Of a stretch of DNA of 64,000 bases, positions 40,101 to 49,528 are shown one piece after another; the first letter of the stretch is position 1, and every line of letters begins with the position of its first letter. A program made the translations under genes and the position numbers. The DNA comes from Candidatus Multivoradales bacterium (GTDB taxonomy: Bacteria > Acidobacteriota > Thermoanaerobaculia > Multivoradales > Multivoraceae), in assembly GCA_965223325.1 (NCBI GenBank), contig CBDCWI010000001.1, positions 704,001 to 768,000 on the forward strand, in the 5' to 3' direction. The notes under the pieces are model-generated. The model was not told the origin of the DNA and did not search any database. It saw nothing but the letters and a program-made list of their open reading frames with translations.

Positions 40101-43100
40101 CGCTGTCGGCGGCCGCCAGGCCTTCCTGGGCGGCTGGCGGGCCTGAGGCGTCAGGCGCAGCGGCGACGTCGGCCGCGGCCAGACCGGTGGCCAGAGCAGC
40201 GAGCACCTCCTCAACCGAGCGCAGCGCACCGAGCTGCTCTGCCTCGAGTCGCGGCAGCTCGGGGAACTTCTCTTCGAGCGCCGCCAGGATCTCGACCCGT
40301 TTGATCGAGTCGATTCCCAGGTCAGCATCGAGGCCCATCTGAGGCTCGAGCATGTCGGCCGGGTAGCCGGTCTTCTCTGCGATCGCGTCAAAGAGCGCCT
40401 GCGAGAGCGTCTCCAAGGAGGTCGCCGCTCTTGCCGACGCAATCACTCGCGCTGGTTCCTCGACGGCAAGGGGCACCGCGGGGGCACCGTTCTCCGCAGG
40501 GGCACTGTTCTCCGCGGCCACACTGGGCATCGCCGCGCTGACCGCCCCGGTCCCACCGCCGAGGACACCGACGACATCGGCCAGGGTCCGTAGTTCGCCG
40601 AGGCGCTCGGCCTCGAGGCGCGGCAGACCCGGGAAGCGTTCTTCGAGCGCGGCGAGGATTTCGACCCGTTTGATCGAGTCGATCCCGAGGTCGGCATCGA
40701 GTTCCATTGCCGGTTCCAACATCGCCACCGGGTAGCCGGTCTTCTCTGACACGGCCTCGAAGAGCGCCGCCCGAAGATCGTCTGACACCGCGGCGGCCGC
40801 GGAACTCAATACAGCTGGCGAATGCGCTGGCTGTTCGAGAGCGGCGAGCTGTGGCGCTCCCTCCTCGAGTGTCGCCACCACTTCGGCGAGCGTTCTGAGG
40901 CCCCCAAGACGCTCGGCTTCGAGTCGTGGCAGCTCTGGGAAGCGCTCTTCGAGCGCAGCCAGGATCTCGACCCGCTTGATCGAGTCGATCCCGAGATCGG
41001 CATCGAGTTCCATCGCCGGTTCGAGCATCTCGACCGGGTAGCCGGTCTTCTCTGAGACCGCTTCGAACAAGGCCTGGACGAGCGGACCGGGAACGGCAGG
41101 CACCGGCGTCTGAGAAGGCGTCGCAACCGGAGCAGGCGCAGGCGACACCACAGGCCCAGGCCGAGCGTCTCGAGATGGCTCGCTAGAAGCCGCGACCCGC
41201 GGTGCGACCGCAGTGGGCGGTGCAACCGCGGTGGACGATGCATCCGCTGCCTGTTCGAGGACCCGCTCGATCTGGCGACTGATGCTCTCCTGCCCGTCGA
41301 GGAACCGCCGGTGAATCTCGGCATTGGTCTCCTGCAACCGGAGCAGCGAACGGAGGACTTCGTGCATGGGATCTCCTTCGGCGAGACCTGAAAGAGCTGG
41401 TTCGTCGGGCGGACTGATGAAGGACGACAAAGCACCGGCAGGATGAGAAACGGGCGCCGCTAGGGCAGGCAATGGGGTTGGGGACTCGGGGGTTGGGAAC
41501 TCGGGAGCTGGCGCCGGGCGCGGCGGTCGTGGCGGAACCGGTTCGCGATGGTTCGCCCCGCTGAGAGCGACGGTGAACGGGCGACGCTTCGAAGGCGAGA
41601 TCGAAACTGGATCCGGCAGCGGGTCCCAGAGCGCCAGGTCGATCTCGACCCCGCGCGCCGCGAGACCCGCCACGGCCCGCGCCAGACCGGCTACCGCACC
41701 GTCACCCGCTGGATCGATCGCCAGCGCGACCACCGCTTCGCCGAGTGTGTCGTCGACGAGACCCGAGAGGCGCCGGCCAGGCCCAACTTCGACGAAGGTG
41801 TCGATCCCGCTTTCGGCCATCGCCTCGAGGACACCCTGCCAGGCGACCGGTCGGGCCAGCTGCGCGCCGAGGAGCTCGCGGGCTGCTTCAGGGTCATCTG
41901 GGTAGACGTTGGCAGTGGCGTTGGCGAATACCAAGCCGCCCGTTCCAGTGCCCTGGTCGCCAATCCCCAGGCTCACCGCGGCGAGCGCTGCAGTGAACGG
42001 TGCGGCGGCGGCCTCGACCAACGAGCTGTGGAAGGCCGCAGCAACCGCGAGCTGCTTACCGGCAAGACCCTCGCTCGCCAGGAGGCTGGCGGCACGCTCG
42101 ATCTCGCTCGTTGCGCCCGACAAGACATGCTGGCGCGGCGAGTTCCGATTGGCGATTACCAGGTCGAGTTGATGGCGCCCTAGAAAGCCTTCGACTTCCG
42201 GCGCTTCCGCAAGAACCGCCAGCATCGAGCCCGGGTCACGCCCGACGTCGCCGCCAACGCTCGCCATGAGCTGACCGCGCAGGTAGGAGAGCCGGTGCAG
42301 CTCGGAGCTTTCCAGCCGCCCAGCGGCGGCCAACGCAACGAGTTCACCGTAGCTGTGACCGGCAAAGGCAGCGGCCTCGAACCCCAACGAGCGCAGCACC
42401 AGAAAGGCACCGTACTCGACCGCGCCGAGCGCTGGCTGCGCCCGGTCGGTGGCTTGGAGCGCCGCGCGTTGTGCGGCGAGCGTCTCGCCGTCGAAGGCCG
42501 GATGCGGGTAGATCAGATCGGACAGTCGTTCGGCACCGCCGGCCCTCATGCTTTCGAAGTCGGCTTCAGCCAGCGCGTCTTGCATGACCGGGAAGCGGCA
42601 GGCCAGGTCACGCAACATGCCGGGCGCCTGAGCACCCTGGCCGGGAAAGACTGCCGCCGCACGCCCTCTTCTGCCGGTAGCCCACACCGTGCCACCGAGC
42701 AGGGACAGGAAAGAGCGCTCACCCAGGTCATCGCCGGCAGCGATGGCGCGCTCGAACGCTTCTCCAGCATCGTCGGCGCTCGCCGCGACAACAACCAGAC
42801 GCACCGGCTGGCTGGCGTCGTAGGAACGGCGGGTTCTGGCCGCGAAGCGCCGCATCTCGTCGGCACTGCCCGTGACCTCCGCGAGCTCGTTGGCGAGAAG
42901 CTGCGCCTTTCCCCTGGTGTCTTCGACGGATTGACCGCAGAAGGCGAAAAGGAGCGGCGCCCCACCCCAGTCGGCTGCGGCGTGATGCGCCTCCTCGACG
43001 ACGCAGTGGAAGTTCGTGCCTCCGAAGCCAAACGCACTGACTCCCGCGCGCCGTGGGTACAGAACTTCGAGGCCGCCCGTCTCCGCGTCCGTCAAGCGCG

Positions 43101-44448
43101 GGATCCAGGGGCGCCTTACGGTGTTGAGATAGAACGGCGTGCTGCCAGGCGCAACCGCATCGTTCGGCGTATCGACTTTGATCGTCGGCGGCAGCACCCG
43201 ATGCCACAGCGCCAGGACCGCCTTGATCAGGCCGGCAGCCCCGGCGGCGGCTTTGGTATGGCCGATTTGGGACTTCGCCGAACCGAGGGCCACCCAGGTA
43301 CCTTCGGGGGAGGCCTTGCGGAAGACCCGGTCGAGGGCGCGCGCTTCAACTGCGTCGCCGACCCGAGTCCCGGTCCCGTGAGCCTCCACCAACTCGATGG
43401 TCGCGGGACTGACACCCGCATCTCGGTAGGCAGCTTCGAGGCAGCGGGCCTGACCGGCATCGCTCGGCGCATAAACCGCCATCCCCGCACCATCACTCGA
43501 GGAACCGATGCCACGGATGACGGCGTAGATGCGATCGCCGTCGCGCTCGGCATCGGCGAGGCGCTTTAGAACCAGAACTCCCAGGCCCTCGCCGAGGGTC
43601 GTGCCGTCACCCTCGGCTTCGAAGGGGCGTGCATTGCCGCTCGGCGAGAGCGCCGGCGTCTTGCTAAAGCACATGTACATGAAGATGTCGTTGAAGGTGT
43701 CGACACCACCGGCCAGGGCAACATCGGCCCGACCACTTTCGAGCTCGAGCGCCGCCATGTAGAGCGCCGACATCGAAGACGCGCAAGCCGCGTCGACGAC
43801 GCAGTTGGTGCCGAGCAGGTTCAGGCGGTTGGCGATGCGACCCGCTGCCACGTTGCCGAGCAGGCCGGGAAACGAGCTCTCGCGCCAAGGCGGGTACTGG
43901 TCACGAATGCGCTCGACGACATCGGCGGCAACCTCGGGGGAGACCCCCGCGTCAGCCAGGGCGCGCTTCCAGATCGGATGTCCCAGACGTGCCCCCAATG
44001 GCACGACCAACTCGAGGGCGCCGGTGACGCCGAGAATCACCGAGGTCTTCTCGCGCGGCAGTTCGCGCGGTCCACCCTCGCCGTACCCCGCATCGTCGAG
44101 CGCTGCCTTGGCAACCGCCAGGCTGAGCAACTGACTGGTGTCGGTCGCGTCGAGATCGCGCGGCGAGATACCGAACTCCATCGGGTCGAAGTCGACCGGA
44201 TCGATGAAGCCACCACGGCGGCCGTAGGTCTGATCGGTCGCCTGCCGGTCCTCGTTCCAGTAGTCGTCGGGTGACCAATGGGTCTCCGGCACCTCTCGAA
44301 TGGCATCGATGCCATCGCGCAGCAGATCCCAGTACCCCGCGAGGTCACGGGCTCCGGGAAACATGCACGACAGGCCAACGATGGCGAGTGGATTGCGTGG
44401 TGCGTTTTGCGCCAACGCTCGAGAGGAGTTCTTCGGGCTGGGGGTCAT
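37171..44448 (-). CDS. pfaA: PUFA synthase PfaA-type: KS - AT - 4xACP - KR - PKS-type DH
   Basis: KS DAACASS, EAHGTGT, GHTKAAAG; AT FPGQGAQ, GHSYG, AAFHS; four DLGIDSIKRVEIL ACPs; KR SGGARGV, HGAGVLRD, YAVAN; DH HVMNGRAVLP and DVAFQ. Confidence 0.95.
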   Translation of the reverse strand: MTPSPKNSSRALAQNAPRNPLAIVGLSCMFPGARDLAGYWDLLRDGIDAIREVPETHWSPDDYWNEDRQATDQTYGRRGGFIDPVDFDPMEFGISPRDLDATDTSQLLSLAVAKAALDDAGYGEGGPRELPREKTSVILGVTGALELVVPLGARLGHPIWKRALADAGVSPEVAADVVERIRDQYPPWRESSFPGLLGNVAAGRIANRLNLLGTNCVVDAACASSMSALYMAALELESGRADVALAGGVDTFNDIFMYMCFSKTPALSPSGNARPFEAEGDGTTLGEGLGVLVLKRLADAERDGDRIYAVIRGIGSSSDGAGMAVYAPSDAGQARCLEAAYRDAGVSPATIELVEAHGTGTRVGDAVEARALDRVFRKASPEGTWVALGSAKSQIGHTKAAAGAAGLIKAVLALWHRVLPPTIKVDTPNDAVAPGSTPFYLNTVRRPWIPRLTDAETGGLEVLYPRRAGVSAFGFGGTNFHCVVEEAHHAAADWGGAPLLFAFCGQSVEDTRGKAQLLANELAEVTGSADEMRRFAARTRRSYDASQPVRLVVVAASADDAGEAFERAIAAGDDLGERSFLSLLGGTVWATGRRGRAAAVFPGQGAQAPGMLRDLACRFPVMQDALAEADFESMRAGGAERLSDLIYPHPAFDGETLAAQRAALQATDRAQPALGAVEYGAFLVLRSLGFEAAAFAGHSYGELVALAAAGRLESSELHRLSYLRGQLMASVGGDVGRDPGSMLAVLAEAPEVEGFLGRHQLDLVIANRNSPRQHVLSGATSEIERAASLLASEGLAGKQLAVAAAFHSSLVEAAAAPFTAALAAVSLGIGDQGTGTGGLVFANATANVYPDDPEAARELLGAQLARPVAWQGVLEAMAESGIDTFVEVGPGRRLSGLVDDTLGEAVVALAIDPAGDGAVAGLARAVAGLAARGVEIDLALWDPLPDPVSISPSKRRPFTVALSGANHREPVPPRPPRPAPAPEFPTPESPTPLPALAAPVSHPAGALSSFISPPDEPALSGLAEGDPMHEVLRSLLRLQETNAEIHRRFLDGQESISRQIERVLEQAADASSTAVAPPTAVAPRVAASSEPSRDARPGPVVSPAPAPVATPSQTPVPAVPGPLVQALFEAVSEKTGYPVEMLEPAMELDADLGIDSIKRVEILAALEERFPELPRLEAERLGGLRTLAEVVATLEEGAPQLAALEQPAHSPAVLSSAAAAVSDDLRAALFEAVSEKTGYPVAMLEPAMELDADLGIDSIKRVEILAALEERFPGLPRLEAERLGELRTLADVVGVLGGGTGAVSAAMPSVAAENSAPAENGAPAVPLAVEEPARVIASARAATSLETLSQALFDAIAEKTGYPADMLEPQMGLDADLGIDSIKRVEILAALEEKFPELPRLEAEQLGALRSVEEVLAALATGLAAADVAAAPDASGPPAAQEGLAAADSEAIERALYEAVAQKTGYPIEMLEPQMGLDADLGIDSIKRVEILAALEERFPALPRLDADDLGRLRTLADVAEAITQPAAEASPAGSREPNLGPEPAPPVQAGPLANAGVPAPAVAPEPVAVASRTVATGEALPRFVSFVDEGVPAAGDSPPLLPPGALVWVTEAGDGVAQALASELEALGFHAEVVDPRALPSPPAILDGLLLLAPDRSEAAHDWLWEAFSTVQHAASAFRRQADGSERPLIAAVTRQGGAFGFEAPAEGGIVSSAIAGLIRTVAREWPEVTTRVVDVEAAELENGVARLARALVQIGPPEIGLQRERTLRLGVRPTPLPSAALLNGHARSFTAEDFLVISGGARGVTAECAVALAAAGVGRLALLGRSPLPASDDAFSGVADSDLERAVLDAALAAGEKLKPRELTLRCQKVRARREIETTLSRVRAAGAEASYLSVDVRDAQATAGVILALETEHGAVTGLVHGAGVLRDAAIEEKTEADWRTVYDTKVRGLENLLASLAHRELSWLALFSSSTGRFGRRGQVDYAVANAALDSHALAFAQRHPEARAVSVGWGPWDGGMVDASLKNLFRAEGVEVVPLAEGGRQLVRELLEAPRDQTLVVILGAGSNLEGLVDEPPEEPATTGTRAVASRVATPPAGSEITISEQTMRLASTGSEAAEQRWQTAFGRLVSLESHPFLASHVMNGRAVLPAAMMVEWLAHGALHGQPGLRFFGVDDLRVWKGVRVAHEEITVRIEAGSSRWEREGDTATLLVPVRMISDGSNGEAVLHCGADIVLTERLPKAPAAGPRPESGEPIDRSLDQIYDELLFHGPALHGLTSIEGWSGAGIVGRTRTAEAPAQWMQSPIRASWIADPLALDVAFQLMIVWSRNHSERGSLPARLPCYRQYVRSLRGGELEVTARVREAGERIARADLEWLRDGQVVARLDGYECVIDAALNGAFARNRIDSLPMTRRRPIRPGESPTR
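39880..41075 (-). repeat. Four tandem ACP-encoding repeats inside pfaA (approximate bounds)
   Basis: Near-identical TCGACCCG(C/T)TTGATCGAGTCGAT(T/C)CC segments near 39980, 40290, 40660 and 40965, separated by Ala/Pro linkers. Confidence 0.9.
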
Positions 44449-44475
44449 GGGTTGCTTCTCGCTCTGGAAGAGGAA

Positions 44476-46206
44476 TCAGCCATTCTCGAGAGCTTCGAGC
44501 TCAGCCGGGGGCCGCGGACGTAGATCGATCTCGGGTAGCGCGGCGCCGCAGAGAGCGAGCGTGTTGTAGCGCGCCAGAACGGCCGCCGAGTGAAGCACCG
44601 CCAGCGCAACCTGAGGGGCTCGGCGTGCTTGCCAGTCTTCGAGCCAGGTGCCACGCACCCACTCGTTGAAGGCACCCATCGCTGGCCCGCACCACACCTG
44701 GTAGTCGGCCTCGCGTCCCGCTGCACCGGTGTTCGCCCAACGGGACGACTGGCCGAGATACCAGCGAAAGACGAGGGCCATCCTGTGCCGAGAATCGCGC
44801 GCCGCGCGCTCGAGTTGGCGCGGGTCGCGCTCACGCCAGAAGCTCTCGGTCTCGGCCCAGACCTCGTCGATCGACATGCGGAAGATCTGGCGCTCGAGAC
44901 GTTGGCGCTCGTCGTGAGGAATCGCTTCGAGCGCCTCGTGGCTCTCGTAGAGCTCGCGCAGCCGGCGGGCGCGCATCGCGAACATGGTTCCGCGCTTGAG
45001 AACCTGCAGGTCGACTCCCATTTCGAACATGTCAGCGGCAGGTGCCATCGCCACGTCGGCCTGTTCAGCCTCCGCCAACATCTGGCGAACGACGTCGGAG
45101 GTGCCGGCTTCGCGGCAGGCCTGATGGACGGTCCCTACCAGGACGTAGGCGGCGCCCATCGAGAAGGCGGCTTGCGCTGACCACGGGGTCGAGATTCCCC
45201 CACCGAGCCCCACTCGCGGCACACGCCGGTAGCCGCGCTCGGAGGCAATGCGGTCGCGCAGCGCAATCATCACCGGCAGAAGCGCGATCGCCGGCCGGTT
45301 GTCGGTATGGCCACCGGAGTCAGCCTCGACGGACAATTCGTCGGCCATCGGCAAGCTGCTGGCGAGCTGGGCTCGCTCCTCGTCGATCTCGCCGCGCGCG
45401 ATGAGTTCGCGCAACATGTCCTCCGGTGGCGGCTCGAGGAACTGGCGCGCTACCTCGTGCCGTGAGACCTTGCCGAAGATCCGGTGGCGGGCGACTGGTA
45501 AGCCCTCCTCGTCGCGGGCGATGCCAAGCACTCGGTAGCGCACCAGCGGCAACGTCAGGCGAAGGTAGGCCGACGCCGAAACCAAGCGCACTCCGCGGCG
45601 CAGGTAGAGGTCGACGATCTCGCGCTCGAGTTCCGCTTCGTACGGACTATGAATCAGGTTCGATCCCCAGGCGCGCTCCCCGAGGCGAGTGTCGAGGCGG
45701 TGAATGGCGTCTTCGACGACCGCCGGGCCAAGGCCGGCGGCGCCGAAGAAACCCAGCATGCCGGCACGCGCCATCGCTTCTGTGAGCTCGACCGAAGCGA
45801 TGCCGTTGGCCATCGCGCCGGCGACCCAGGCATAGCGCAGGCCGTGGTCACGGCGAAAGGACGGATCGCCCAGATCTTGTGGACCGAGCGGAGCGGACCA
45901 GGCAAGCGCCGGCCGCGGATGGACTCCGTGCTCGCCAGACTTCGGCGGAGCGCCGAGAACCGTCTCACCGTTCACTCCGAGGGCGAGGCCCTCTCCAGGC
46001 TTGCTCGGCCCGAGAAGCGTCACCGACTGGCGCACGTGCGCCAGGGCATCAGCCAGCACGTCGCCACCGTCGCCGGCCGAAAGACTGCGTACACCGTCGC
46101 CGCGGTAGAAACCGAGCGAACGAGCGCCGTTCGCCTGGTCAAGCCCGGCGGCGCTCTCCTGGGAAACAGAACCTACCCGAGGTGGCGAGGTGGACGCCCC
46201 TTGCAC
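44476..46206 (-). CDS. pfaD: PfaD-family enoyl reductase (FabK-like, FMN)
   Basis: AGAMANGIAS, NLIHSP, VEADSGGHTDNRP, APAADMFEMGV.LQVLKRGT and YQVWCGPAMGAFN; ends 27 bp before pfaA. Start uncertain. Confidence 0.94.
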   Translation of the reverse strand: MQGASTSPPRVGSVSQESAAGLDQANGARSLGFYRGDGVRSLSAGDGGDVLADALAHVRQSVTLLGPSKPGEGLALGVNGETVLGAPPKSGEHGVHPRPALAWSAPLGPQDLGDPSFRRDHGLRYAWVAGAMANGIASVELTEAMARAGMLGFFGAAGLGPAVVEDAIHRLDTRLGERAWGSNLIHSPYEAELEREIVDLYLRRGVRLVSASAYLRLTLPLVRYRVLGIARDEEGLPVARHRIFGKVSRHEVARQFLEPPPEDMLRELIARGEIDEERAQLASSLPMADELSVEADSGGHTDNRPAIALLPVMIALRDRIASERGYRRVPRVGLGGGISTPWSAQAAFSMGAAYVLVGTVHQACREAGTSDVVRQMLAEAEQADVAMAPAADMFEMGVDLQVLKRGTMFAMRARRLRELYESHEALEAIPHDERQRLERQIFRMSIDEVWAETESFWRERDPRQLERAARDSRHRMALVFRWYLGQSSRWANTGAAGREADYQVWCGPAMGAFNEWVRGTWLEDWQARRAPQVALAVLHSAAVLARYNTLALCGAALPEIDLRPRPPAELEALENG

Positions 46207-46395
46207 GTGATCTCCGTAGCGAACTTAAGAGGGGAATCCCGGGAACGAGGTTTCCCGGGGGAGCGAGACTGCCCGCGATGAGAGGTGCCGCTCGTGGAGT
46301 GCAGGGCACAGAAGGCAGTCCCGCCAGCATACACCAGCAAAACCGGGCGTTTGACCAGGCTTCCGCAAGCTGCGGAGCGGGGCGCGTCGTTGGAT

Positions 46396-47322
46396 CTACA
46401 GGTCGAGGGCGGCTTCGAACTGCAGGGCCTTGCGCTTGAGCGCATCGAGGTGCGCGGGGCCCAGGCGCAGGAGCTGCTTCTGGGCGTCCGAGAGACTCTC
46501 GAGGCGCGGATCGACAAACTCCCAGCTGATGACCTTGCGGCGCACGGCGAGCTCCCCGCCGGGTGTGGGAACACTTTGTACCTTGTCGATCGCCCGCTTC
46601 AATGCTTCCCGGAAGGTTCCGGGATACCCGAGCTCCTGCCACTGCTCGTCGACCAGCGGTTCGAGATAGCGAAACGCCTCGACGGTACCCGCCACGTCGA
46701 GTGAGGTGAAGACAGCCACCGCTCGGTCAAATCGTGCGTAGCTGGTCGGGTCGATGGTGGCCGAGTCGTCGGTGCCAACGACCGCGAACGGCCGATCGGG
46801 ACGAAAGGCCGCGAGGTGAACGGAAGGGTCTTCGTCAAAGGCGATGTTTCCCACCACGGCGGTCAGGCGGCGCAGCACATCGTCGCTCGCCAGCCAGCGC
46901 ATCAAGCGCGGGTGCTCCGATACCTCGGCGGCGAGTTGGCGCACCAGCTCGTCGCTCGCCGAGAGCTCCGGCAGCGGCCCCAGATCGGGGCGGGCGGTGG
47001 CCTCCTGGCGCTCGGCCGGCGGGGTGACCGCCGGCGTCTCAGCAGCCGGAGACGATTCTGGGGCCGGCGGCTCCACCGGCCCATCGTCGCGCGGCCAGAA
47101 CCACCAGGTCAACAGGCCCAGCAACAAGGCCACCGCAACGAGTGCCCAGGGCACCCACGAGGAGCCAGTGCGCTCGTCCGGCTGCCATGCTTCGCCGGCC
47201 AGGACCGGCTCGTCGTCGTCGCTCGGTCGCAGGTCGAGGTCGAGCGGCTGATCGGCGGCGAGCGGTGAGGGCTCGTCGGTGAGTGGGTCGAAGCGCGGTT
47301 CGCCCGGTTCTTCAGCGGTCAT
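46396..47322 (-). CDS. DUF3014-like membrane-anchored protein
   Basis: One TM segment, a Pro-rich stalk, then LPELSASD, YARFD, ELGYP, FVDPRLESLSDAQKQLLRLGP. Start re-called to ATG 47322. Confidence 0.8.
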   Translation of the reverse strand: MTAEEPGEPRFDPLTDEPSPLAADQPLDLDLRPSDDDEPVLAGEAWQPDERTGSSWVPWALVAVALLLGLLTWWFWPRDDGPVEPPAPESSPAAETPAVTPPAERQEATARPDLGPLPELSASDELVRQLAAEVSEHPRLMRWLASDDVLRRLTAVVGNIAFDEDPSVHLAAFRPDRPFAVVGTDDSATIDPTSYARFDRAVAVFTSLDVAGTVEAFRYLEPLVDEQWQELGYPGTFREALKRAIDKVQSVPTPGGELAVRRKVISWEFVDPRLESLSDAQKQLLRLGPAHLDALKRKALQFEAALDL

Positions 47323-47420
47323 CTCGCCCACGAGGTTATACGAGCGTGAGAGACCATGGTGTGACGGAATCGCGGCAGAGTGAGGGAATCGAGGCGATCT
47401 GGAGTCAGCGGCGGGTCTCC

Positions 47421-48614
47421 TCAGGCGGCAAGCAAGGCCCGGTTGGGACGAATCCCGCGCAGGACGTCGGTTGCCTCGGTCAGCCCGTCGAGCGTCAACT
47501 CGTACATCGGGAAAACCTGCCTGATGATGTGAATCGTCGGCGCGTTCCAGATTCTCCTGGGCTCGGGGTTCAACCAGACCGAGTTCGGGCAACGCTCGCG
47601 GAAACGGCGCAACCAACTAAGACCGGTGTCCTGGTTGTCATGGTAATAGTCGATCGCACCCCCCGAGTGGGTGAGCTCGTAGGGGCTCATCCAGGCGTCG
47701 CCGACCAGCACCACGGACCACGTGTGGTCGAGGTTCTTGAGCACGTCACTGGTGGGCTCACCCTTCCAACGCGCGATGTCGGTGTAGAGCTTCTCGTAGA
47801 TGCAGTTGTGAAAGAAGCGCGACTCGAACTTCTTGAAGTGGTTGGCAGCGTGCGCTGCCGAGAACAGGCGCTCGCACAGGAGGGTGTGCGGGTCCATCGA
47901 GCCGCCGACGTCGACCAGCAGCAACAGTTTGATGCGGTTACGCCGCGGCGGGCCGAAGACCAGGTCGATCTCGCCGCCGTTGCGCGCACTCTGGTCGATC
48001 GTCAAGTCGAGATCGAGCTCCTCGGGCCCATCGTCCTTGTCGAGGCGGCGCAAGCGCCGCAGCGCCATGCCGATCTGTCGAGTGTCGAGGATCCTGTCTG
48101 AGCGCAGGTTGCGAAACTGACGCGAGCCGGCCACCTGGACCGCCGAGCGGCCACCGCCTGCTCCACCGACGCGCACGCCGGTTTCGTGCTCGCCGCCATG
48201 GCCGAACGGCGACGTACCGCCGGTACCAATCCAGCGATTCCCACCATCGTGACGTTCCTTCTGCTCGGCGAGGCGCTCCTCGAACGCCTCGCGCAGTTCG
48301 TCGAGATCGAGCGCCTCGATCTTGGCGCGCTGCTCATCGGTGATCTCGGGCAGCTTGGGGTTCGACAGCCATTCCATCAACTCGTCGTCGACGTCGAAGT
48401 GGTCATCCAGCCCATGGAAGAACGACGCGAACGCGCGGTCGTAGATGTCGAAGTCCGTCTCTCGCTTGACCAAGAGAGCACGGGCGAGGTGGTAGAACGA
48501 CGTGAGGTCGGCGCGACTGTGCCCCATCGCCATGGCCCTCATCAGGGTCAGCCATTCGGTGATGGTGACTTTGTGGCCGTAGGCCCGCAGGTGGTAGAAG
48601 AAATCGACAAACAT
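47421..48614 (-). CDS. VWA-domain protein (CoxE-like), MoxR partner
   Basis: HDGGNRWIGTGGTSPFG, MIDAS-like DVGGSM, FFHNCIY, VGDAWMSPYE, WLNP. Confidence 0.88.
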   Translation of the reverse strand: MFVDFFYHLRAYGHKVTITEWLTLMRAMAMGHSRADLTSFYHLARALLVKRETDFDIYDRAFASFFHGLDDHFDVDDELMEWLSNPKLPEITDEQRAKIEALDLDELREAFEERLAEQKERHDGGNRWIGTGGTSPFGHGGEHETGVRVGGAGGGRSAVQVAGSRQFRNLRSDRILDTRQIGMALRRLRRLDKDDGPEELDLDLTIDQSARNGGEIDLVFGPPRRNRIKLLLLVDVGGSMDPHTLLCERLFSAAHAANHFKKFESRFFHNCIYEKLYTDIARWKGEPTSDVLKNLDHTWSVVLVGDAWMSPYELTHSGGAIDYYHDNQDTGLSWLRRFRERCPNSVWLNPEPRRIWNAPTIHIIRQVFPMYELTLDGLTEATDVLRGIRPNRALLAA

Positions 48615-48697
48615 TCTCTGGTGTTCCAGCTCGGTCCCGGTTGGTTTCCGTGTTCGGCCGCTCCCGCTTTGATTCTAGCGCGCCCCGGCTCCTCTCC

Positions 48698-49528
48698 TCA
48701 GTTGACGCCCCGACGACGGTGCGCTGCGAGCGCCGCTTCGAGGTCGTTCTCGCGCTTGAGCAAGACGCCCAGGAAAGGCAGCTCGGTCTCGATGGTCTCG
48801 GTGTCGACACCGCCGCGTCTGAGGGCAGCGATCCAGTCGACGAGCTCACTGGTCGAAGGACGTTTGCGAAGTTCGGGGAGATCCCGAAGCCAGTAGAAGC
48901 GCAACAGCACCTGCTGCAGGAGCTGTTCTTCGACATCAGGATGGTGGATCTTGACGATCTCAGCCATCTGTTCTTTGTCGGGGAAGGTGATGTAGTGGAA
49001 GACGCAACGCCTCAAGAAGGCGTCGGGCAGTTCCTTCTCGTTGTTCGAGGTGATGATCACGATCGGGCGCTCTTTTGCCTCCTGGCGCTCGTCAGTTTCG
49101 TTGACGTAGAACGACATGCGGTCGAGCTCGTGCAAGAGGTCGTTGGGGAACTCCATGTCCGCCTTGTCGATCTCGTCAATCAAGAGGACGACGCGCTGGT
49201 CGGCGCGAAATGACTGCCCAAGCGGGCCGTACTTGATGTACTGGCGCACATCGGAGATGTCGCGATCGTTGAAGCGAGCGTCGTTCAGGCGCGCCACCGT
49301 GTCGTAGACGTAGAGACCGTCCTGGGCCTTGGTCGTCGACTTGATGTTCCAGGTCAGCAACTCCATCACCAGGTTCTCGGCAACGGCCTCGGCCAGGACA
49401 GTCTTGCCAGTGCCTGGCTCGCCGCGAATCAGAATGGGCTTCTCGAGCGCAATGGCAACGTTGACCGTGTCGCGCAGGTCCTGCGACGCAAGGTAGCCCT
49501 CGGTCCCTTCAAAACGATGGAAGCTCAT
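48698..49528 (-). CDS. MoxR-family AAA+ ATPase (CoxD-like)
   Basis: Walker A GEPGTGKT, Walker B LLIDEIDKA, TSNNEKELPDAFLRRC. ATG 49528 follows AAGGAG. Confidence 0.92.
   Translation of the reverse strand: MSFHRFEGTEGYLASQDLRDTVNVAIALEKPILIRGEPGTGKTVLAEAVAENLVMELLTWNIKSTTKAQDGLYVYDTVARLNDARFNDRDISDVRQYIKYGPLGQSFRADQRVVLLIDEIDKADMEFPNDLLHELDRMSFYVNETDERQEAKERPIVIITSNNEKELPDAFLRRCVFHYITFPDKEQMAEIVKIHHPDVEEQLLQQVLLRFYWLRDLPELRKRPSTSELVDWIAALRRGGVDTETIETELPFLGVLLKRENDLEAALAAHRRRGVN

Noticed and set aside
37171-44448. Modular or enediyne PKS
   Set aside because: Tandem LGIDSIKRVEI ACPs together with a PfaD reductase and a FabA-type DH partner define a Pfa-type iterative synthase.
46321-46360. Sigma-54 promoter upstream of pfaD
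   Set aside because: TGG and TTGC elements occur on the minus strand but not at GG-N10-GC spacing; only a weak TATGCT -10-like hexamer remains.
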